The translations under genes and the position numbers were made by a program. Below are positions 1 to 14,420 of a stretch of DNA of 64,000 bases, piece by piece; positions within the stretch are counted from its first letter, which is position 1, and every line of letters begins with the position of its first letter. The stretch comes from the human T2T-CHM13v2.0 reference genome, Homo sapiens. Location: NCBI RefSeq assembly GCF_009914755.1, contig NC_060933.1; one strand, 5' to 3'. The notes beneath the pieces were generated by a model. It ran no database searches, was not told the origin of the DNA, and worked only from the letters and a program-made list of their open reading frames with translations.

Positions 1-710
1 GGAATGGCATGCAATGGAATGGATTCAACTTGAATGGAATGGAAAGAATGGAATCAACACGAGTGGAATGGCATGGATTGGAATGGAATGGAATGGAATC
101 AACCCGAGTACAGGGGAATGGAATGGAATGGAATGCAATGGAATGGAATCATCCAGAATGGAATGGAATGGAATGGAATAAACTCCATTGCAATGGAATG
201 GAATGGAATGGAATGGAATAGAATGGAATGGAATTAACCCGAATAGAATGGAATGCAATAGAATGGAATGCAACGGAACCGAATGGAGTGGAATGGAATG
301 GAATGGAATCAACCCGAGTACAGGGGAATGGAATGGAATGGAATGCAATGGAATGGAGTCATCCGTAATGGAATGGAAAGGAATGGAATGGAATGGAATG
401 GAATGGAATGGAATGGAATGGAATGGAATCAACTCGATGGCAATCGAATGGAATGCAATGGAATTAACCCGAATAGAATGGAATGGAATGGAATGGAACG
501 GAATGGAATGGAATGGAATGGAATCAACTCGATTGTAATGGAATGGAATGGAATGGAATGGAATGGAATGGAATTAACCTGAATACAATGGAATGGAATG
601 GAATGGAACGGAATGGAGTGGAATGGAATGGAATCAACCCGAGTGCAGGGGAATGGAATGGAATGGAATGCAATGGAATGGAATCATCCGGAATGGAATG
701 GAATGGAATG

Positions 711-965
711 GAATGCAAAGCAATGGAATCAACTCGATTGCAATGGAATGGAATGGAATGGAAAGGAATACATTGGAATCAACCCGAGTGGAATGGAATG
801 GAAAGGACTGGAATGGAGTGGAATGGAATGGAATGGAATGGAATGCAAAGCAATGGAATCAACTCGATTGCAATGGAATGGAATGGAATGGAAAGGAATA
901 CATTGGAATCAACCCGAGTGGAATGGAATGGAAAGGACTGGAATGGAGTGGAATGGAATGGAATG
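711..965 (+). repeat. Exact 130-bp local tandem duplication
   Basis: GAATGCAAAGCAATGGAATCAACTCGATTG...GGAATACATTGGAATCAACCCGAGTG...GGACTGGAATGGAGTGG starts at 711 and again at 841. Confidence 0.92.
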
Positions 966-2162
966 GAATCAACTCGATTGGAATGGAATGGAATGGAAAG
1001 GAATTAACCCGAATAGAATGGAATGGAATGGAATGGAACGGAAAGGAACGGAATGGAATGGAATGGAATGGAATGGAATGGAATGGAATGGAATAGAATC
1101 AACCCGACTGCAGGGGAATCGAATGGAATGGAATGCAATGGAATGGATTCAACTTGAATGGAATGGAAAGAATGGAATCAACACGAGTGGAATGGCATGG
1201 ATTGGAATGGAATGGAATGGAATCAACCCGAGTACAGGGGAATGGAATGGAATGGAATGCAATGGAATGGAATCATCCGTAATGGAATGGAAAGGAATGG
1301 AATGGAATGGAATGGAATGGAATGGAATGGAATGGAATGGAATCAACACGAATGCAATCGAATGGAATGGAATGGAATTAACCCGAATAGAATGGAATGG
1401 AATGGAATGGAACGGAACGGAATGGAATGGAATGGAATGGAATGGAACGGAACGGAACGGAATGGAATGGAATGGAATGAAATGCAATGGATCCAACACG
1501 ATTGCAATGGAATGGAATAGAATGGAATGGAATGGAATGGAATGGGATTAACCCGAATAGAATGGAATGGAATGGAATGGAATGGAATGGAACGGAATGC
1601 AACGGAATGGAATGGAATGGAATGGAATGGAATGGAATGGTATGTTATGGAATGGAATGGTACGGAATAGAATGGAGTGGAACGAATTGCAATGGAATGG
1701 AATTGAATGGAATGGAATGGAATGGAATGGAATCAACGCGAGTTCAGGGGAATGTAATGGAACGGAATGCAATGGAATGGAATCATCCGGAATGGAATGG
1801 AATGGAATGGAATGGAATGGAATGGAACGGAATGGAATGGAATGGAATGGAATGGAATGGAATCAACCCGAGTGCAATCGAATGGAATCGAATGGAAAGG
1901 AATGCAATGGAATGGATTCAACTTGAATGGAATGGAAAGAATGGAATCAACACGAGTGGAAGGGCATGGATTGGAATGGAATGGAATGGAATCAACTCGA
2001 TTGCAATCGAATGGAATGGAATGGAATTAACCCGAATAGAATGGAATGGAATGGAATGGAATGGAATGGAACGGAACGGAATGGAATGGAATGGAATGGA
2101 ATGGAATGGAATGGAATCAACGCGAGTGCAGGGGAATGGATTGGAATGGAATGCAATGGAAT

Positions 2163-2177
2163 GGAATCTTCCGGAAT
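2163..2177. promoter_or_regulatory. Perfect three-unit heat shock element match (gGAAt cTTCc gGAAt); representative of about 36 copies
   Basis: Matches the canonical HSF1 consensus nGAAnnTTCnnGAAn. This is a sequence match only; binding is not shown by the sequence. Confidence 0.55.
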
Positions 2178-2969
2178 GGAATGGAATGGAATGGAATAGA
2201 ATGGAATGGAATGGAATGGAATGGAATCAAACCGAATACAGGGGAATGGAATGGAATGGAATGCAGTGGAATGGAATCATCCGTAATGGAATGGAAAGGA
2301 ATGGAATGGAATGGAATGGAATGGAATGGAATGGAATGGAATGCAATCAACTCGATTGCAATCGAATGGAATGGAATGGAATTAACCCGAATAGAATGGA
2401 ATGGAATGGAACGGAATGGAACGGAACGGAATGGAATGGAATGGAATGGAACGGAACGGAACGGAACGCAATGGAATGGAATGGAATGGAATCAACGCGA
2501 CTGCAGGGGAATGGAATGGAATGGAATGCAATGGAAAGGAATCTTCCGGAATGGAATGGAATGGAATGGAATGGAATGCAATAGATTCAACTCGATTGCA
2601 ATGGAATGGAATAGAATGGAATGGAATGGAATGGAATGGAATTAACACGAATAGAATGGAATGGAATGGAATGGAATGGAATGGAACGGAACGGAACGGA
2701 ACGGAACGGAATGGAATGGAATGGAATGGAATGGAATGGTATGGAATGGAATGGAATCAACGCGAGTGCAGGGGAATGGAATGGAATGGAATGAAATGGA
2801 ATGGAATCAACTCGATTGCAATCGAATGGAATGGAATGGAATTAACCCGAATAGAATGGAATGGAATGGAATGGAAAGGAACGGAACGGAATGGAATGGA
2901 ATGGAATGGAACGGAACGGAACGGAACGGAATGGAATGGAATGGAATGGAATGGAATGGAATGGAATGG

Positions 2970-3830
2970 AATCAACGCGAATGCAGGGGAATGGAATGGA
3001 ATGGAATGCAATGGAATGGAATCTTCCGGAATGGAATGGAATTGAATGGAATGGAATGGAATGGTATGGAATAAACCCGAGTGCAATGGAAAGGAGTGGA
3101 ATGGAATGGAATGGAATGTAACAACCCGAATGGAATGGAATGTAATGGAGACTAAGGGAGTTGAATAGAATCAAACCGAATGTAATGGAATGGAATGGAA
3201 CGGAATGGAATTGAATGGAATGGAATGGAATGGAATGCAATGGAATGGAAACTTCCGGAATGGAATGGAATGGAATGGAATGGAATGAAATGCAATGGAT
3301 TCAACTCGATTGCAATGGAATGGAATAGAATGGAATGGAATGGAATGGAATGGAATTAATCCGAATAGAATGGAATGGAATGGAATGGAACGGAATGGAA
3401 CGGAAAGGAATGGAATGGAACGGAATGGAATGGAATGGAATGGAATGGTATGGAATGGAATGGAATGGTACGGAATAGAATGGAATGGATCGAATTGTAA
3501 TGGAATGGAATTGAATGGAATGGAATGGAATGGAATGGAATGGAATCAACGTGAGTGCAGGGGAATGTAATGGAACGGAATGCAATGGAATGGAATCATC
3601 CGGAATGGAATGGAATGGAATGGAATGGAATGGTATCAACCCGAGTGCAATGGAATGGAGTGGAATGGAATGGAATGGAATGGAATGGAACAACCCGAAT
3701 GGAATGGAATGTAATGGAGAGTAAGGGAGTTGAATAGAATCAATCCAAACGTAATGGAATGGAATGCAACGGAATGGAATGGAATGGAATGGAATGGAAT
3801 GCAATGGAATGGAATCAACCCGAGTACAAT
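2970..3830 (+). repeat. Dispersed block duplication with ~51940-52790
   Basis: The same private variants occur in the same order in both blocks: GGTATGGAATAAACCCGAG, GAGACTAA, GGAAACTTCC (3247/52218), ATTAATCCG, CAACGTGAG (3547/52518), ACGTAAT. ORFs 3295..3570 and 52266..52541 are nearly identical. Confidence 0.82.
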
Positions 3831-4679
3831 GGAATGGAATGGAATGGAAAGGACTGGAATGGAATGGAATGGAATGGAATTAACCCGAATACAATGCAAT
3901 GGAATGGAATGGAATGGAATGGAGTGGAATGGAATGGAATCAACCCGAGTGCAGGGGAATGGAATGCAATGGAATGCAATGGAATGGAATCATCCGGAAT
4001 GGAATGGAATGGAATGGAATGCAAAGCAATGGAATCAACTCGATTGCAATGGAATGGAATGGAATGGAAAGGAATACATTGGAATCAACCCGAGTGGAAT
4101 GGAATGGAAAGGACTGGAATGGAGTGGAATGGAATGGAATGCAATGGAATGCAATGGAATGGAATCAACTTGATTGTAATGGAATGGAATGGAAAGGAAT
4201 GGAATGGAATGGAATGGAATGGAATCAACCCGACTGCAGGGGAATGGAATGGAATGGAATGCAATGGAATGGATTCAACTTGAATGGAATGGAAAGAAAG
4301 GAATCAACACGAGTGGAATGGCATGGATTGGAATGGAATGGAATGGAATCAACCCGAGTACAGGGGAATGGAATGGAATGGAATGCATTGGAATGGAATC
4401 ATCCGTAATGGAATGGAATGGAATGGAATGGAATCAACTCGATTGCAATCGAATGGAATGGAATGGAATTAACCCAAATAGAATGGAATGGAATGGAATG
4501 GAACGGAACGGAATGGAATGGAATGGAATGGAATGGAGTGGACCGGAACGGAACGGAACGGAATGGAATGGAATGGAATGGAATGGAATGGAATCAACGC
4601 GAGTGCAGGGGAATGGAATGGAATGGAATACAATGGAATTGAATCTTCCGGAATGGAATGGAATGGAATGGAATGGAAT

Positions 4680-4965
4680 CAACCCGAGTGCAATGGAATG
4701 GAGTGGAATGGAATGGAATGGAATGGAACAACCCGAATGGAATGGAATGTAATGGAGAGTAAGGGAGTTGAATAGAATCAATCCGAATGTAATGGAATGG
4801 AATGGAACGGAATGGAATAGAATGGAATGGAATGGAATGCAATGGAATGGAATCAACCCGAGTTCAATGAAATGGAGAGGAATGGAATGGAATGGAATGG
4901 AAACTACCCGAATGGAATGGAATGTAATGGAGTGTAAGGGAATTGAAAGGAATCAATCCGAAAGT
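4680..4965 (+). repeat. Recurrent paralogous module pair GAGAGTAAGGGAGTTGAATAGAATCAATCCG / GAGTGTAAGGGAATTGAATAGAATCAATCCG (representative)
   Basis: The two related motifs, preceded by GGAACAACCCG and GGAAACTACCCG respectively, recur as a pair throughout the window, usually 175 bp apart. Confidence 0.85.
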
Positions 4966-6873
4966 AATGGAATGGAATGGAATGGAATGGAATGGAATGG
5001 AATGGAATGGAATGCAATGGAATGGAATCAACCCGAGTGCAATCGAATGGAATCGAATGGAATGGAATGCAATGGAATGGATTCAACTTGAATGGAATGG
5101 AAAGAATGGAATCAACACGAGTGGAATGACATGGATTGGAATGGAATGGAATGGAATCAACCCGAGTACAGGGGAATGGAATGGAATGGAATCAACTCGA
5201 TTGCAATCGAATGGAATGGAATGGAATTAACCCGAATAGAATGGAATGCAATGGAATGCAACGGAACGGAATGGAATGGAATGGAATGGAATGGAACGGA
5301 AAGGAAGGGAATGGAATGGAATAGAATGGAATGGAATGGAATCAACGCGAGTGCAGGGGAATGGAATGGAATGGAATGCAATGGAATGGAATCTTCCGGA
5401 ATGGAATGGAATGGAATGGAATGGAATGGAATGGAATGGAATCAACCCGAGTGCAATGGAATGGAGTGGAATGGAATGGAATGGAATGGAACAACCCGAA
5501 TGGAATGGAATGGAATGGAGAGTAAGGGAGTTGAATAGAATCAATCCGAATGTAATGGAATGGAATGGAACGGAATGAAATTGAATGGAATGGAATGGAA
5601 TGCAATGGAATGGAATCAACCCGAGTGCAATGGAATGGAGAGGAATGGAATGGAATGGAATGGAAACTACCCGAATGGAATGGAATATAATGGAGTGTAA
5701 GGGAATTGAATAGAATCAATCCGAATGTAATGGAATGGAATGGAACGGAATGGAATGGAATGGAATGGAATGGAATGGAATGGAATGGAATGCAATGGAA
5801 TGGAATCAACCCGAGTGCAATCGAATGGAATCGAATGGAATGGAATGCAATGGAATGGAATCAACTTGAATGGAATGGAAAGAATGGAATCAACACGAGT
5901 GGAATGGCATGGATTGGAATGGAATGGAATGGAATCAACGCGAGTACAGGGGAATGGAATGGAATGGAATGCAATGGAATGGAATCATCCGTAATGGAAT
6001 GGAAAGGAATGGAATGGAATGGAATGGAATGGAATGGAATGGAATGGAATCAACTCGATTGCAATCGAATGGAATGGAATGGAATTAACCCGAATAGAAT
6101 GGAATGGAATGGAATGGAACGGAACGGAATGGAATGGAATGGAATGGAACGGAACGGAATGGAATGGAATGGAATGGAATGGAATCAACGCGAGTGCAGG
6201 GGAATGGAATGAAATGGAATGCAATGGAATGGAAACTTCCGGAATGGAATGGAATGGAATGGAATGGAATGCAATGGATTCAACTCGATTGCAATGGAAT
6301 GGAATAGAATGGAATGAAATGGAATGGAATGCAATTAATACGAATAGAATGGAATGGAATGGAATGGAACGGAATGGAACGGAATGGAATCGAATGGAAT
6401 GGAATGGAATGGTACGGAATAGAATGGAATGGAACGAATTGTAATGGAATGGAATTGAATGGAATGGAATGGAATGGAATGGAATGGAATCAACGCGAGT
6501 GCAGGGGAATGTAATGGAACGGAATGCAATGGAATGGAATCATCCGGAATGGAATGGAATGGAATGGAATGGAATGGAATCAACCCGAGTGCAATGGAAT
6601 GGAGTGGAATGGAATGGAATGGAATGGGACAACCCGAATGGAATGGAATGTAATGGAGAGTAAGGGAGTTGAAAAGAATCAATCCGAATGTAATGGAATG
6701 GAATGCAACGGAATGGAATGGAATGGAATGGAATGGAATGCAATGGAATGGAATCAACCCGAGTACAATGGAATGGAATGGAATGGAATGGAATGGAATG
6801 GAATGATACGGAATAGAATGGAATGGAACGAAATGGAATGGAATGGAAAGGAATGCAATGGAATGGAATGGAA

Positions 6874-6980
6874 TCGTTCCGAGTGGAATAGGAGGGAATG
6901 TATTCGAGTGGAATGGAAAGGAATGGAATCAACCAGAGTGGAATGGAAGGGAATGGAATGGAATGGAAACTAATAGAATG
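6874..6980 (+). repeat. Recurrent diverged module TCGTTCCGAGTGGAATAGGAGGGAATGTATTCGAGT...CAACCAGAGT...GGAAACTAATAGAAT (representative of about 24 copies)
   Basis: Copies seen at ~6874, 8064, 10682, 11496, 14996, 21826, 22485, 24033, 24712, 31295, 34027, 36538, 39436, 39781, 42493, 45396, 45721, 49116, 50834, 52911, 54449, 57762, 59165 and 63915. Confidence 0.85.
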
Positions 6981-8639
6981 GAATCAACCCGAGTGGAATG
7001 GAATGGAAAGGACTGGAATGGAATGGAATGGAATGGAATCAACTCGTTTGTAATGGAATGGAATGGAATGGAATGGAATGGAATGGAATGGAATGGAATT
7101 AACCCGAATACAATGGAAGGGAATGGAATGGAATGGAAACTAATAGAATGGAATCAACCCGAGTGGAATGGAATGGAAAGGACTGGAATGGAATGGAATG
7201 GAATGGAATCAACTCGATTGTAATGGAATGGAATGGAATGGAATGGAATGGAATGGAATGGAATGGAATCATCCGGAATGGAATGGAATGGAATGGAATC
7301 ATCCGGAATGGAATGGAATGGAATGGAATCAACGCCATTGCAATGGAATGGAATGGAATGGAATGGAATAGAATGGAATGGAATTAACCCGAATAGAATG
7401 GAATGCAATAGAATGGAATGCAATGGAACCGAATGGAGTGGAATGGAATGGAATGGAATCAACCCGAGTACAGAGGAATGGAATGGAATGGAATGCAATG
7501 GAATGGAGTAATCCGTAATAGAATGGAAAGGAATGGAATGGAATGGAATGGAATGGAATGGAATGGAATGGAATCAACTCGATGGCAATCGAATGGAATG
7601 GAATGGAATTAACCCGAATAGAATGGAATGGAATGGAATGGAACGGAACGGAATGGAAAGGAATGGAATGGAATGGAATGGAACGGAACGGAATGGAATG
7701 GAATGGAATGGAATGGAATGGAATGGAATCACCGCGAGTGCAGGGGAAAGGAATGGAATGGAATGCAATGGAATGGAATCTTCCGTAATGGAATGGAATG
7801 GAATGGAATGAAAGGCAATGGATTCAACTCGATTGCAATGGAATGGAATAGAATGGAATGGAATGCAATGGAATGGAATGGAATTGAATCGAATGGAATG
7901 CCTTCAAACAGAATGGAATGGAAAGGAATGGAATCAACACGAGTGGAAAGGAATCGAATGGAAAGGAATGGAAAGGAATGGAATGGTACGGAATAGAACG
8001 GAATGGAACGAACTGGAATGGAATGGAATGGAATGGAATGGAATGGAATGGAATGGAATGGAATCGTTCCGAGTGGAATAGGAGGGAATGTATTCTAGTG
8101 GAATGGAAAGGAATGGAATCAACCAGAGTGGAATGGAAGGGAATGGAATGGAATGGAAACTAATAGAATGGAATCAACCCGAGTGGAATGGAATGCAAAG
8201 GACTGGAATGGAATGGAATGGAATGGAATGGAATGGAATGGAATGGAATGGAATTAACCCGAATACAATGGAATGGAATGGAATGGAACGGAATGGAGTG
8301 GAATGGAAAGGAATCAACCCGAGTGCAGGGGAATGGAATGGAATGGAATGCAATGGAATGGAATGCAAAGCAATGGAATCAACTCGATTGCAATGGAATG
8401 GAATGGAATGGAAAGGAATAGAATTGAATCAACCCGAGTGTAATGGAATGGAAAGGACTGGAATGGAGTGGAATGGAATGCAATGGAATGGAATGGAATC
8501 AACTCGATTGGAATGGAATCTAATGGAATGGACTGGAATGGAATGGAATGGAATTAACCCGAATAGAATGGAATGGAATGGAATGGAACGGAATGGAATG
8601 GAATGGAATGGAATGGAATGGAATGGAATGGAATGGAAT

Positions 8640-9740
8640 CAACCCGACTGCAGGGGAATGGAATGGAATGGAATGGAATGGAATGGAATCATCCGGAACG
8701 GAATGGATTGGAATGGAATGGAATCAACTCGATTGCAATGGAATGGAATGGAATGGAATGGAATGGAATGGAATGGAATGGAATGGAATGGAATGGAATT
8801 AACCGGAATAGAATGGAATGGAATGGAATGGAACGGAATGGAATGGAATGGAATGGAATGGCATGGAATCAACCCGAGTGCAGGGAAATGGAATGGAATG
8901 GAATGCAATGGAATGGAATCATCCGGAATGGAATGGAATGGAATGGAATGCAATCAACCTGATGCAATGGAATGGAGTGGAATGGAATGGAATGGAATGG
9001 AAACATCCCGAATGGAATGGAATGTAATGTAGTGTAAGGGAATTGAATAGAATCAATCCGAATGTAATGGAATGGAATGGAATGAAATGGAATGGAATGG
9101 AATGGAATGGAATCAACCAGAGTGCAATGGAATGGATTCGAATGGAATGGAATGGAATGGAATGGATTCAACAAGAATGGAATGGAAAGGAATGGAATCA
9201 ACCCGAGTGTAATGGTATGGAATGGAACGGAATGGAATGGGATGGACTGGAATGGTACGGAATAGAATGGAATGGAATGAAATGGAATGGCATGGAATGG
9301 AATGGAATGGAATGGAATGGAATGGAATGGAATGAACCCGTGTGCAATGGAATGGAATGGAATGGATTCAACTCGAATGGAATCAACTCGATTGCAATGG
9401 AATGGAATGGAATTGAAAGGAATACAATGGAATCATCCCGAGTGGAATGGAATGGAAAGGACTGGAATGGAGTGGAATGGAATGGAATGGAATTAACCCG
9501 AATAGAATGAAATGGAACGGAATGGAATGGAATGTAATGGAATGGAATGGAATGCAATCAACCCGAGTGCAGGGGAATGGAATGGAATGGAATGCAATGG
9601 AATGGAATCATCCGGAATGGAATGGAATGGAATGGAATGGAATGGAATGGAATCAACTCGATTTCAATGGAATGGAACGGAATAGAATGGAATGGAATTA
9701 ACACGAATAGAATGGAATGGAATGGAATTGAATGGAACAG
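8640..9740 (+). repeat. Dispersed block duplication with ~28060-29160
   Basis: Rare motifs CAACCTGATGCAAT, GGAAACATCCCG, GGATTCGAAT, ATTCAACAAGA, GAACCCGTGTGC and CTCGATTTCAAT occur in the same order in both blocks. ORF 8818..9027 is identical to 28224..28433. Confidence 0.85.
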
Positions 9741-12349
9741 AATGGAATGGAATGGAATGGAATGGAATGGAATGTAATCAACCCGAGTGCAATGGAATGG
9801 AGAGGAATGGAATGGAATGGAATGGACTGGAAACTACACGAATCGAATGGAATGTAATGGAGTGTAAGGGAATTGAATAGAGTGAATCCGAATGGAATGG
9901 AATGGAATGGAATCAACGCGAGTGCAGGGGAATGGAATGTAATGGAATGCAATGGAATGGAATCTTCCAGAATGGAATGGAATGGAATGGAATGCAATGG
10001 ATTCAACTCGATTGCTATGGAATGGAATAGAATGGAATGGAATGGAATGGAATGGAATTAACCCGAATAGAATGGAATGGAATGGAACGGAATGGAACGG
10101 AACGGAATGGAATGGAATGGAATGGAATGGAATGGAATGGAATGGAATGGTGGGGAATGGAATGGAATGGAATGGAATCAACGCGAGTGCAGGGGAATGT
10201 AACGGAACAGAATGTAATGGAATGGAATCATCCGGAATGGAATGGAATGGAATGGAATGGAATGGAATGGAATCAACCCGAGTGCAATGGAATGGAGTGG
10301 AATGGAAAGGAATGGAATGGAATAACCAGAATGGAATGGAATGTAATGGAGAGTAAGGGAGTTGAATAGAATCAATCCGAATGTAATGGAATGGAATGGA
10401 ACGGAATGGAATGGAATGGAATGGAATGCAATTGAATGGAATCAACCCGAGTACAATGGAATGGAATGGAATGGAATGGAATGGAATGCAATGGAATGGA
10501 ATGGAATGACTTCAAACCGAATGGAATGGAAAGGAATGGAATCAACACGAGTGGAATGGAATGGAATGGAATGGAATGCAATCGAATGGAATGGAATGGT
10601 ATGGAATAGAATGGAATGGAAACAAATGGAATGGAATGGAATGGAATGGAATGGAATGGAATGGAATGGAATGGAATGGAATCGTTCCGAGTGGAATAGG
10701 AGGGAATGTATTCGAGTGGATTGGAAAGGAATGGAATCAACCAGAGTGGAATGGAAGGGAATGGAATGGAATGGAAACTAATAGAATGGAATCAACCCGA
10801 GTGGTATGGAATGGAAAGGACTGGAATGGAATGGAATGGAATGGAATGGAATGGAATGGAATGGAATGGAATGCAATCAACTCGATTGTAATGGAATGGA
10901 ATGGAATGGAATGGAATGGAATTAATCCGAATAGAATGGAATGGAATGGAATGGAACGGAATGGAACGGAATGGAATGGAATGGAATGGAATGAAATGGA
11001 ATGGAATGGTATGGAATGGAATGGAATGGAACGGAATAGAATGGATTGGAACGAATTGTAATGTAATGGAAAGGAATGGAATGGAATGGAATGGAATGGA
11101 ATGGAATGGAATCAACGCGAGTGCAGGGGAATGTAATGGAAAGGAATGCAATGGAATGGAATCATCCGGAATGGAATGGAATGGAATGGAATGGAATGGA
11201 ATGGAATGGAATCAACCCGAGTGCAATGGAATGGAGTGGAATGGAATGGAATGGAATGGAACAACCCGAATGGAATGGAATGTAATGGAAAGTAAGGGAG
11301 TTGAATAGAATGAATCCGAATGTAATGGAATGGAATGCAACGGAATATAATGGAATGGAATGGAATGGAATGCAATGGAATTGAATAAACCCGAGTACAA
11401 TGGAATGGAATGGAATGGAATGGAATGGAATGGAATGGAATGATACGGAATAGAATGGAATGGAACGAAATGGAATGGAATGGAATGGAATGGAATCGTT
11501 CCGAGTGGAATAGGAGGGAATGTATTCGAGTGGAATGGAAAGGAATGGTATCAACCAGAGTGGAATGGAAGGGAATGGAATGGAATGGAAACTAATAGAA
11601 TGGAATCAACCCGAGTGGAATGGAATGGAAAGGACTGGAATGGAATGGAATGGAATGGAATCAACTCGATTGTAATGGAATGGAATGGAATGGAATGGAA
11701 TGGAATGCAATGGAATTAACCCGAATAAAATGGAATGGAATGGAATGGAACGGAATGGAGTGGAATGGAATGGAATCAACCCGAGGGCAGGGGAATGGAA
11801 TGGAATGGAATGCAATGGAATGGAATCATCCGGAATGGAATGGAATGGAATGGAATGCAAAGCAATGGAATCAACTCGATTGCAATGGAATGGAATGGAA
11901 TGGAAAGGAGTACATTGGAATCAACCCGAGTGGAATGGAATGGAAAGGACTGGAATGGAGTGGAATGGAATGGAATGGAATGGAATGGAATCAACTCGAC
12001 TGGATTGGAATGGAATGGAATGGAATGGAATTAACCCGAATAGAATGGAATGGAATGGAATGGAACGGAACGGCATGGAATGGAATGGAATGGAATGGAA
12101 TGGAATCAACCCGACTGCAGGGGAATGGAATGGAGTGGAAGGCAATGGAATGGATTCAACTTGAATGGAATGGAAAGAATGGAATCAACACGAGTGGAAT
12201 GGCATGGATTGGAATGGAATGGAATGGAATCAACCCGAGTACAGGGGAATGGAATGGAATGGAATGCAATGGAATGGAATCATCCGTAATGGAATGGAAA
12301 GGAATGGAATGGAATGGAATGGAATGGAATGGAATGGAATCAACTCGTT

Positions 12350-14420
12350 TGCAATCGAATGGAATGGAATGGAATTAACCCGAATAGAATGGAATGGAAT
12401 GGAATGGAACGGAACGGAACGGAATGGAACGGAATGGAGTGGAATGGAATGGAATGGAATTGTATGGAATGGAATGGCATGGTACGGAATAGAATGGAAT
12501 GGAAAGAATTGGAATGGAATGGAATCGAATGGAATGGAATGGAATGGAATGGAATCAACCCCAGTGCAGGGGAATGTAATGGAAAGGAATGCAATGGAAT
12601 GGAATCATCCGGAATGGAATGGAATGGAATGGAATGGAATGGAATGGAATGGAATGGAATCAACCCGAGTGCAATGGAATGGAGTGGAATGGAATGGAAT
12701 GGAATGGAACAACCCGAATGGAATGGAATGTAATGGAGAGTAAGGGAGTTGAATAGAATCAATCCGAATGTAATGGAATGGAACGGAATGGAATGGAATG
12801 GAATGGAATGGAATGGAATGGAATGCAATGGAATGGAAACAACCCGAGTACAATGGAACGGAATGGAATGGAATGTAATGTAATGGAATGGAATGGAATG
12901 GAATGGAATGGAATGGAATGGAATCAACCCGAGTGCAGGGGAATGTAATGGAAAGGAATGCAATGGAATGGAATCATCCGGAATGGAATGGAATGGAATG
13001 TAATGGAATGGAATGGAATGGAATGGAATCAACCCGAGTGTAATGTAATGGAGTGGAATGGAATAGAATGGAATGGAACAACCCGAATGGAATGGAATGT
13101 AATGGAGAGTAAGGGAGTTGAATAGAGTCAATCCGAATGTAATGGAATGGAATGGAACGGAATGGAATTGAATGGAATGGAATGGAATGCAATGGAATGG
13201 AATCAACCCGAGTGCAATGGAATGGAGAGGAATGGAATGGAATGGAATGGAAACTACCCGAATGGAATGGAATGTAATGGAGCGTAAGGGAATTGAATAG
13301 AATCAATCCGAATGGAATGGAATGGAATGGAACGGAATGTAATGGAATGGAATGGAATGGAATCAACCCGAGTGCAGACGAATGGAATGGCATGGAATGC
13401 AATGGAATGGAATCATCCGGAATGGAATGGAATGGAATGCAATGGAGTGGAATGGAATGGAATCACCCCGAGTGCAATGGAATGGAGTGAAATGGAATGG
13501 AATGGAATGGAAACAACCAGAATGGATTGGAATATAATGGAGTGTAAGGGAATTGAATAGAATCAATCTGAATGTAATGAAATGGAATGGAACGGAATGG
13601 AATGGAATGGAATGGATTGGAATGGAATGCAATGGAATGGAATCAACCCGAGTGCAATCGAATGGAATCGAATGGAATGGAATGCAATGGAATGGATTCA
13701 CCTTGAATGGAAAGGAAAGAATGGAATCAACACGAGTGGAATGGCATGGATTGGAATGGAATGGAATGGAATCAACCCGAGTACAGGGGAATGGAATGGA
13801 ATTGAATGCAATAGAATGGAATCATCAGTAATGGAATGGAAAGGAATGGAAAGGACTGGAATGGAGTGGAATGTAATGGAATGGAATGGAATCAACTCGA
13901 TTGCAATCGAATGGAATGGAATGGAATGGAATCAACTCGATTGCAATCTAATGGAATGGAATGGAATTAACCCGAATAGAATGGAATGGAATGGAATGGA
14001 ACGGAACGGAATGGAATGGAATGGAATGGAATGGAATGGAATGGAATGGAACGGAAAGGAATGGAATGGAATGGAATGGAATGGAATGGAATCAACGCGA
14101 GTGCAGGGGAATGGAATGGAATCGAATGGAATGGAAAGGAATGGAATGGAATCAACCCGAGTGCAGGGGAATGTAATGGAACGGAATGCAATGGAATGGA
14201 ATCATCCGGAATGGAATGGAATGGAATCAACCCGAGTGCAATGGAATGGAGTGGAATGGAATGGAATGGAATGGAACAACCCGAATGGAATGGAATGTAA
14301 TGGAGAGTAAGGGAGTTGAAAAGAATCAATCCGAATGTAATGGAATGGAATGGAACGGAATGGAATGGAATGGAATGGAATGGAATGGAATGGAATGGAA
14401 TGCAATGGAAAGGAATCAAC
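12350..14420 (+). repeat. Older block present in related copies at ~19380-21130 and ~29960-31150
   Basis: Shared motifs in the same order: GAATTGTATGG...GGCATGGTACGG...GGAAAGAATTGG, then GGAGTGAAAT...AAACAACCAGAATG...GAATATAATGGAGTG...CAATCTGAATGTAATGAAAT. ATCATCAGTAAT is shared by the first two copies. Confidence 0.75.

Noticed and set aside
6890-6900. AGGAGG Shine-Dalgarno-like motif before ATG (MYSS ORFs)
   Set aside because: The spacing to ATG is only 2 nt, the context is eukaryotic satellite, and the motif is just part of an amplified variant module.
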